The notes beneath the pieces are model-generated. The model had not been told where the DNA came from and made no database searches. It saw only the letters and a list, made by a program, of their open reading frames with translations. A stretch of DNA of 64,000 nt from a virus. Positions 57,433-64,000 of this stretch are shown piece by piece (position 1 is the first letter of the stretch; each line of letters starts with the position of its first letter). The position numbers and the translations under genes are program-made. Location: the IMG/VR virus record IMGVR_UViG_3300020395_000002, positions 25,997 to 89,996 of that record; one strand, written 5' to 3'.

Positions 57433-60400
57433 ATGGCAGGTCCAAGTCTAGCAGCACTGATTGAAAGTCAGTTACCTGATTTTGTTGTCGAGGATTATCC
57501 CCTCGTTACGAATTTCCTGTCCAAATATTATGAAGCATTATCAATAAGTGAAGGACCACAGGATATTCTTAACAATTTCGAGAGATATCTTGACGTAGAT
57601 ACATTCTCACCTGAGATTCTTGTTAAGACAGCAAGTTTAGATATAGAAATACCTCTAGGTACTGATAATATTCATATTACAGTCGATTCGACTGATGGAT
57701 TCCCTGATAGTAACGGGATGATAATGATTGATCAGGAAATCTTCCTGTATGAATCTAAAACAGACACACAATTCACTAATTGTGTCCGTGGCTATAGTGC
57801 AAAGACCAAAGTTGGTGACTTATACGAACCAATCAACTTTGTAGAGTCAGTTGCTGCTGTTCATAAGCAGTTTGCAGTTGTCAACAACCTAAGCAACCTT
57901 CTACTGGCTGCTTTAATCAAGAATTACGAAGAACAGTATACTAGCGGTTTCCCATATCCTTATCTTAGAGACACAACAAACAAGAACCTCTTAGTTAAGA
58001 GGATAAAGGACTTCTATAACGTCAAAGGTACACCACAGTCACTGGAGTTCATCTTCCAGATGCTGTTTAGTGTCAAACCTGACATCATCTATCCAAAAGA
58101 GAATGTTTATAAGGCATCTGAGTCTGGATGGAACAATAAAGAGTTATTAGTATGTGAAGTTATATCTGGAGACATTAGAAAGATCGTTGGTAATGAGGTT
58201 ATTCAATCTCCTGATCCATATAACCCCGAACTGACTGCTGCAACTGCTATTATTGACAATATAGTCGGTGAACCTTATCAAGGTAGTCTACAGTACACTT
58301 TAACTATCTCACCTGGTAGTAAAGAGGGTGTATTTGCTATTGCACGTCGTACATTCTTAATGAATGACATTTCTGCCAATGCAGGTCTTGGAGATCGCAT
58401 CGATGTGTTCTCTACTATTGGATTTCCAGAGAAAGATGGTCGTGTAGTCATTGGTACTGAAGAAATTACATATAGTAGTAAGACTGCGACTCAATTTGTC
58501 ATCAAAGAGAGGGATGCAGTCAATTCTGACAACAAACAACTCTATAACCACGAGAAAGGTGTAAGAGCATTTACAAAAAACAACCTTTCAGGTTTTTATA
58601 CTGAAAATGGAGTCCGTAATGAAATAGAACTTCGTATCTATGGTCTTGTATCAGGATTAACCTCTGAAGGTATCGAACCAGAGGCAAGTTCTGGTCTAGA
58701 GTACGATGAAACCGCAGACAACTACTTTGATGTAGCTAGTGGTGGTATTCCTTATGTCTCATTCAACAATATGGTTGAATTTAAGGCATCTGGATTCCAA
58801 GATGACCTTCCATTGTCAAATGAGTGGATTGTCAATCAAAACTTTAGTAAGTTATCAGGTTCTGACCCTAGTAACGTAGGAACTAACAATATTAAGGATA
58901 AAATTCTTTCAGATGTCTCTGCAATCTATAGAGATACTGATAATTACTATATTGCGTCTTCTGGATTCCCATCTTATGCTATAGGACCATTTGACAACAT
59001 AAAAGTACCTGAAGATCAAGAGCATTTAAAGATTCTTCCTAGAGAACCAGTAAATGCAAGCACAAAAGAATTAACAACCTCAGAAGAGGTTGGTGTAATG
59101 GTTAATGGAGTTCCATTATACAATTACAAGTCATCAAGAGGTCTAGATTTCGGTTTACTCGAAAAAATCGAGATTACAGACAGAGGAAGGAATTATAGCG
59201 TACCTCCAAAGGTTATTGTTGAAGGAAATGCCACAGCAGAAGCACAGATTAATGGAATTGGAGAAGTCATAGCTGTAAACGTCACAAATCAAGGTTCTGG
59301 ATACACAACTGCTCCTACAGTTGAATTTACCTCTGGAACTGGTGGAGAATTTACTGTTTTGATTCAGCAAGGTCAAATTGCGAACATTTATCTTTCTGTA
59401 AACCAAAATGCTGAAGTTATAGACGCTGGAACCGATTACACGGAACCACCTGATGTTTTTATCTACGATGCGAGTGGAAAAGGTAGAGGTGCGTTCTATA
59501 CTTGCCAAATAGACACTGTAACAGGTAAGATCACTGGATTCACTCAACAATCTGGTGGATTTGACTATGAGGAAGGTTCTACAACTATTACACTAGTACC
59601 TAAGTCTAGAACTGCTTCAGCAACTGCTGTTTTGACTAGATGGCAGTATAACAGGTACTTAGAGATGTCTGTTGACAATGGTAATGCTGGTGGTATCGTA
59701 GAAATTGCAAATGACCCTAATTATGGTTATTCATATGGTCATATCATTGCTCCTACCTCTTTAAAGATTTTAAGACAGGATAATGTTGATGGTCAGGGTA
59801 ACCCACTCTCTAATAACAGTCATTCTCCAATATTAGGTTGGGCGTATGACGGAAATCCGATATATGGTAGTTTTGGCTATGAAGATCCATATCAAGATGT
59901 TACTGCTGCGAATCCTACTATTAAAAGGATGGAATCCAGCTGGAGACTTAAAGCATCAAGAGGATCTAATGCTCCAGACACAAATACTTACTCATTAGGT
60001 CGTTTTACTAATGATTTCGAGTTTATCGAAAGATTAGGAACACTAGATTCTAATAATGGTCGTTTTTGCACTACACCCGAATTTCCAAACGGTGTATACG
60101 CTTATTTCTTAACTACAGACGATAGTGAGTCTCCTACGTTCCCATATTCGATCGGAGAGGCATTTTACAATGTTCCTGTTGAAGAAAACTGGAAAACTAA
60201 GTCTAAACAAAAATATTTGCCAGATGGAGTCCGTAGAAGAACTGTAAACGCTACAGCAGACACTGGAGAGCTCTTAACGTCTAGAGTTAGTGGAATTGAG
60301 TATGGACCGATCACAGATATCGAAGTTCATCAGTCTTCCTTCAATTTCACGAATGAAGACGTTCTATATGTTGATAATTCCATTAATGACAATGGAGATG

Positions 60401-63400
60401 GATTATTTGCTGCTGTAGACCAAATTCAAGGTCAGCAAGTTGCATCTTTGTCTTGTAACACTCCAAAGAACAATTATTTCACTTGTGACAGGAATGTTTA
60501 CTTAAATCACAATTCTCAACTAACTCAGAACAATACTGGTGCTATAGCTACAGTAATTGGTCTAATTGAAGAGACATCACAGTTTGTTGTAAAAAATGTT
60601 ACAGGTACATTCAATCTTACTGATACAGTTGATTCTACAACTGAGATTTACAATATCACCTTTGATAACACTGTATTAGCAGCAGTTGGTGATAATGTCG
60701 TATTCACTGAACAATCTGGTGGTGTAGCACACGAAGTAGCTATTGGTAAGGTTTTACGTAATGTTGTAGACAAGAATACTGTTATTGTCGAATTACAGGT
60801 TGCTAACCCCAATAAACTCACTACAGTAGACGATGATGGTAATACAGTTACTATACCAAGCACATCATACGCTGAATTGGGATTCTTTGCAGTTGGTAAT
60901 GGTTGTCAAGTCAATACTAGTGCTGCAACCATCGTTAACGTTAGATCTCTATCTAAAGGATTTAAACTTCTAGAAGTTGAAGACAATATTGCAGTTTTAA
61001 AGACAGATAACGTCAGACACGGTTTAGCAGTCGGTGATGATGTCATTGTTACGGTTCAACCTGATTCTACTATCTCTACTCAGAAGTATTATGTTGAGAC
61101 TAAGAAGTATCATACTGTACAATTAAACGAACCTTCAAAAGTCAGTCAGATCAATGGATCTGGGATAGCTAGAGTTAGCATTATCAATGCTGGTAGTGGA
61201 TTTACTCCTAGTACAACCTTTAATGGACTTAATGTTACCAATCAATCTGGTACAGGATCTGCTGGAACCCTTACTGTTACTACTGATGCTGGTGGACACG
61301 TTGTTAGTGCTCAGATCATTACTAAAGGAGATGGATACGAGTATGGTAATATAGTAACTATACAATCTAGTCTTCTAGGTGGTAATGTCAATAGTCAAGA
61401 GGCTACATTCTTTGTAGATGCTGCTGGTTGTGCCAAAACTGATACCATCATAACAGTAACCAGTGGTTCTGGCTACTCTAGAGATGATGTTATTAGAATC
61501 ACTGATGAAGAGTGTCAGATCACTAATGTTACAGGTAATTTCCTAACTGTTATACGTGGTGTTAATGGAACTGAAGCAGAAGATCATATTGAAGGTGTTG
61601 ATGTCGAACTTATAACAAATATTTACAGATTCACTAAGGATTCCAATGTATCATTCAGTGGAAACAATGCTTGGATTGATTCATATGATTCTGAGACTCA
61701 TAAGTTAATTGTTTATTACTTAAATGAAGGAGACACAACAATTGACACTAATTCCACCTTCTTAGATGGTAGTACACCTAATAAACAGGTTTCTATAGCA
61801 AGTGTCGAACCTACTTCCTTAAGATTTAGATTTAGGAAGGATGGACTAACAGAATGGAATAGAAATATCAGTATTGAGTGTCAAAAGACTTATCGTTATC
61901 TTTTTGATACTTCTGATCCATCATTAGTCAATAGAAATCTTAAATTCTACGAAAACGTCTATAGAACTACTGAACTAGTACAAGCGTACCAGTCAACTGT
62001 AAAACCTGGTAATACTGGGTCATTTAGTACGTTCCAACTTGGATATGGTATACCAGTAGACGGTACTACTTGGAAGAGTACACCTGTACTAGACATTCCT
62101 ACCAAAATTTACTATGGAGAGGTATCTGCGAAGATAGATGCTGAAGATCAGTTCTTTACTCTTGTAGAAGACCCATTTGCAGGTAAGCACGCTGTATTCT
62201 ATGGCTATGAGTACGAATTTGCTTATAGGTTAAAGCAGACTCCTCAAAATGAAGGATTTACAAATGTTCAATATTATACCGACTCTCTATACGCTGTAGG
62301 AGCGATTAAGAGGGTTAAAGTCATCAGTGGTGGTAAAAACTATACGATGCCACCTCAAGTGCCTGGTGTCTTCTTAAACAAGCGTTTTAGAGGTGCATTT
62401 ACTGTTAATCTTACTGAAGGACGTATTACATCAGTTACAGTTACAGATACTGGATTAAATTACTCTAAACCCATTGTATTGCTTGAAAATAGGGGTGATG
62501 GAGCAAATGCTAAGTTTACAATCGAATTAAGGGCAGATGGATCGGTTTCTCGTATTATTCCGATTGATGAAGGAGTTAATTACGCAGATACGACTACTTT
62601 ACGACTTTATGAGTCAGATACTAAGTTATTTGCTCAAGGAACTGATATTGGTAAGTTGGCAACCCTAGAAATCATATCTTCGGGTAAAGACTTCAATAAT
62701 GACCCAACTTTAGCACCTCAAGTCAATCCACCCATTGTTATGACTCTAAGAGATATGCCCGACAAGGCATTCTTGAATGGAGAGCTAATAACGCAAAGAA
62801 ACTTAGCTGGAGATATGATTGCTTCTGGTAGAGTTGATTACTGGGTTGATGGAATGAATATTCTTCGTTTGAAGGGTATCTACGGAAAATTCGATTCTAG
62901 GTATCAAATCTACGGTGAGACACTTCGTGCTACTGCAAGTATCCAAGTTATCTACGTAGCTAACATAACTCCGCAAATTGGACCTACAAGTACTTCAGTT
63001 GGTTCATATTCGAGTGATAGAAGTAAATTAAGTGCTGTTTCACAGAAAGTCCAAGATGGAGTCTATTATCAAGATTATTCTTACGTAGTTAAGTCTACAG
63101 TCTCTATTAACGATTGGAGAGACTTTGTTAAGCGTTTTACCCATCCAGCTGGATTTAACCTCTTTGGAGAAGTCTTAATTGAGTCTCAAGGTGATGGAAC
63201 ACAACCAGAGACCATAGACACTCCTCAAAGTGGCACAAAGGACAATGGATACGGTGCGGTGATGAGTATCATCGAACCTGGCGTTTTAGGTGTTACTTGT
63301 GCTCATAAGTCGAGAAGAATCACTCAATCTCACGTTAGAGTCGATTCTATGTCGAAACAACGTGGTACAGGAACTATTAACTATAGTGAACAGAATAACG

Positions 63401-64000
63401 TTGAAATTGAAGTATTTGACCTAGCAATCTCACCAGCCTTCGATGGTGCTGTTCAAGCAGATGGTACAATCACTGGTACGACTCAATTTACATTATTCAA
63501 GAAAGATATCAATGAGGTGCTTGTTCCGTTCAGAGCAACTCAATTAGTCGTTACATTGGACGGTGTTCTTCAGGATCCTGATACTGCGTATACAGTTGCT
63601 GGATCTACCATTACATTCGCTTCTGCACCATTAGGACCATATACTGATCCTAGTACTGGTATATTTGTACCAGGCGTGACTTTCTACGGAAAGTCGATGA
63701 AATTCCAAGATGATGCGAATAATGCCGAATATATGCGAGAAGCGAACAATATCACTTCTCTATTCGATGGTACTACTGTAGAATTCGATTTAGGCATTCC
63801 TATTGTAGATGGAGACCATTTATACGTTTCTTTAGATGGTGTTATCCAGGAACCCGATGTTGCCTTTACTTTAACAACTAATCCTGGAAATGGTAAAATA
63901 ACCTTTACAGAACCACCTAGACAGGTTGGTAAGATTGTAGAACTTGAAATTGGTGATGCAACCAACTGGCTAGTAAATGACTATGTTGTTGGACAAACTT
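57433..64000 (+). CDS. gp7: Giant baseplate wedge initiator, gp7-like (3'-truncated; absent from the ORF track because no stop falls in the window)
   Basis: Starts MAGPSLAALIESQLPDFVVEDYP..TNFLSKYYE right after gp6. Motifs KRIKDFYNVKGT, HSPILGWAYDGNPIYG and YYQDYSYVVKS...HPAGFNLFGE. The frame is open at the points I checked, including the window end. Confidence 0.8.
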   Translation, partial: MAGPSLAALIESQLPDFVVEDYPLVTNFLSKYYEALSISEGPQDILNNFERYLDVDTFSPEILVKTASLDIEIPLGTDNIHITVDSTDGFPDSNGMIMIDQEIFLYESKTDTQFTNCVRGYSAKTKVGDLYEPINFVESVAAVHKQFAVVNNLSNLLLAALIKNYEEQYTSGFPYPYLRDTTNKNLLVKRIKDFYNVKGTPQSLEFIFQMLFSVKPDIIYPKENVYKASESGWNNKELLVCEVISGDIRKIVGNEVIQSPDPYNPELTAATAIIDNIVGEPYQGSLQYTLTISPGSKEGVFAIARRTFLMNDISANAGLGDRIDVFSTIGFPEKDGRVVIGTEEITYSSKTATQFVIKERDAVNSDNKQLYNHEKGVRAFTKNNLSGFYTENGVRNEIELRIYGLVSGLTSEGIEPEASSGLEYDETADNYFDVASGGIPYVSFNNMVEFKASGFQDDLPLSNEWIVNQNFSKLSGSDPSNVGTNNIKDKILSDVSAIYRDTDNYYIASSGFPSYAIGPFDNIKVPEDQEHLKILPREPVNASTKELTTSEEVGVMVNGVPLYNYKSSRGLDFGLLEKIEITDRGRNYSVPPKVIVEGNATAEAQINGIGEVIAVNVTNQGSGYTTAPTVEFTSGTGGEFTVLIQQGQIANIYLSVNQNAEVIDAGTDYTEPPDVFIYDASGKGRGAFYTCQIDTVTGKITGFTQQSGGFDYEEGSTTITLVPKSRTASATAVLTRWQYNRYLEMSVDNGNAGGIVEIANDPNYGYSYGHIIAPTSLKILRQDNVDGQGNPLSNNSHSPILGWAYDGNPIYGSFGYEDPYQDVTAANPTIKRMESSWRLKASRGSNAPDTNTYSLGRFTNDFEFIERLGTLDSNNGRFCTTPEFPNGVYAYFLTTDDSESPTFPYSIGEAFYNVPVEENWKTKSKQKYLPDGVRRRTVNATADTGELLTSRVSGIEYGPITDIEVHQSSFNFTNEDVLYVDNSINDNGDGLFAAVDQIQGQQVASLSCNTPKNNYFTCDRNVYLNHNSQLTQNNTGAIATVIGLIEETSQFVVKNVTGTFNLTDTVDSTTEIYNITFDNTVLAAVGDNVVFTEQSGGVAHEVAIGKVLRNVVDKNTVIVELQVANPNKLTTVDDDGNTVTIPSTSYAELGFFAVGNGCQVNTSAATIVNVRSLSKGFKLLEVEDNIAVLKTDNVRHGLAVGDDVIVTVQPDSTISTQKYYVETKKYHTVQLNEPSKVSQINGSGIARVSIINAGSGFTPSTTFNGLNVTNQSGTGSAGTLTVTTDAGGHVVSAQIITKGDGYEYGNIVTIQSSLLGGNVNSQEATFFVDAAGCAKTDTIITVTSGSGYSRDDVIRITDEECQITNVTGNFLTVIRGVNGTEAEDHIEGVDVELITNIYRFTKDSNVSFSGNNAWIDSYDSETHKLIVYYLNEGDTTIDTNSTFLDGSTPNKQVSIASVEPTSLRFRFRKDGLTEWNRNISIECQKTYRYLFDTSDPSLVNRNLKFYENVYRTTELVQAYQSTVKPGNTGSFSTFQLGYGIPVDGTTWKSTPVLDIPTKIYYGEVSAKIDAEDQFFTLVEDPFAGKHAVFYGYEYEFAYRLKQTPQNEGFTNVQYYTDSLYAVGAIKRVKVISGGKNYTMPPQVPGVFLNKRFRGAFTVNLTEGRITSVTVTDTGLNYSKPIVLLENRGDGANAKFTIELRADGSVSRIIPIDEGVNYADTTTLRLYESDTKLFAQGTDIGKLATLEIISSGKDFNNDPTLAPQVNPPIVMTLRDMPDKAFLNGELITQRNLAGDMIASGRVDYWVDGMNILRLKGIYGKFDSRYQIYGETLRATASIQVIYVANITPQIGPTSTSVGSYSSDRSKLSAVSQKVQDGVYYQDYSYVVKSTVSINDWRDFVKRFTHPAGFNLFGEVLIESQGDGTQPETIDTPQSGTKDNGYGAVMSIIEPGVLGVTCAHKSRRITQSHVRVDSMSKQRGTGTINYSEQNNVEIEVFDLAISPAFDGAVQADGTITGTTQFTLFKKDINEVLVPFRATQLVVTLDGVLQDPDTAYTVAGSTITFASAPLGPYTDPSTGIFVPGVTFYGKSMKFQDDANNAEYMREANNITSLFDGTTVEFDLGIPIVDGDHLYVSLDGVIQEPDVAFTLTTNPGNGKITFTEPPRQVGKIVELEIGDATNWLVNDYVVGQT

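Noticed and set aside
57433-64000. Apparent 6.5-kb gene-free region in the ORF track
   Set aside because: It is an artefact: the + frame 1 ORF has no stop before the window end (gp7-like).
1-64000. tRNA, rRNA, introns, inteins, transposases, integrase, photosynthesis genes
   Set aside because: No cloverleaf/T-loop, splicing or catalytic motifs were recognised by eye. Dedicated scans (tRNAscan-SE, Rfam, Pfam) were not run.

Overview
This window is a segment of a large T4-like cyanophage (cyanomyovirus, Kyanoviridae-type) genome. It is AT-rich and almost entirely coded on the + strand, in three blocks. (1) ~1-37.9 kb is a late structural cluster. It holds a hub/gp5-region gene pair, a 2169-aa tail fibre, three tail-collar proteins and a tail-fibre chaperone. 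It also holds a 3263-aa virion-type protein with an intact subtilisin (S8) triad plus blue-copper-like and YHYH-like modules, FN3-, glycine-rich and beta-propeller adhesin-like proteins, and three interspersed 2OG-Fe(II) oxygenases. (2) ~37.9-51.2 kb is a hypervariable island of small ORFs, punctuated by about 12 copies of a palindrome + hairpin + -10 promoter cassette. It contains an N4C/N6A DNA methyltransferase, a PvuII-like nuclease, three more 2OG-Fe(II) oxygenases, an oriC-like cluster of four DnaA boxes and a candidate ~140-nt structured RNA. (3) ~51.2-64 kb is the baseplate block: a PAAR protein, a tiny Lys/Arg-rich peptide coupled to a SET-domain methyltransferase, gp25, gp6 and a giant gp7-like ORF running off the window. 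I saw no CATG in the stretches I scanned. No tRNA, rRNA, CRISPR array, reverse transcriptase or transposase was recognised. All calls come from motif reading by eye, with no database searches.
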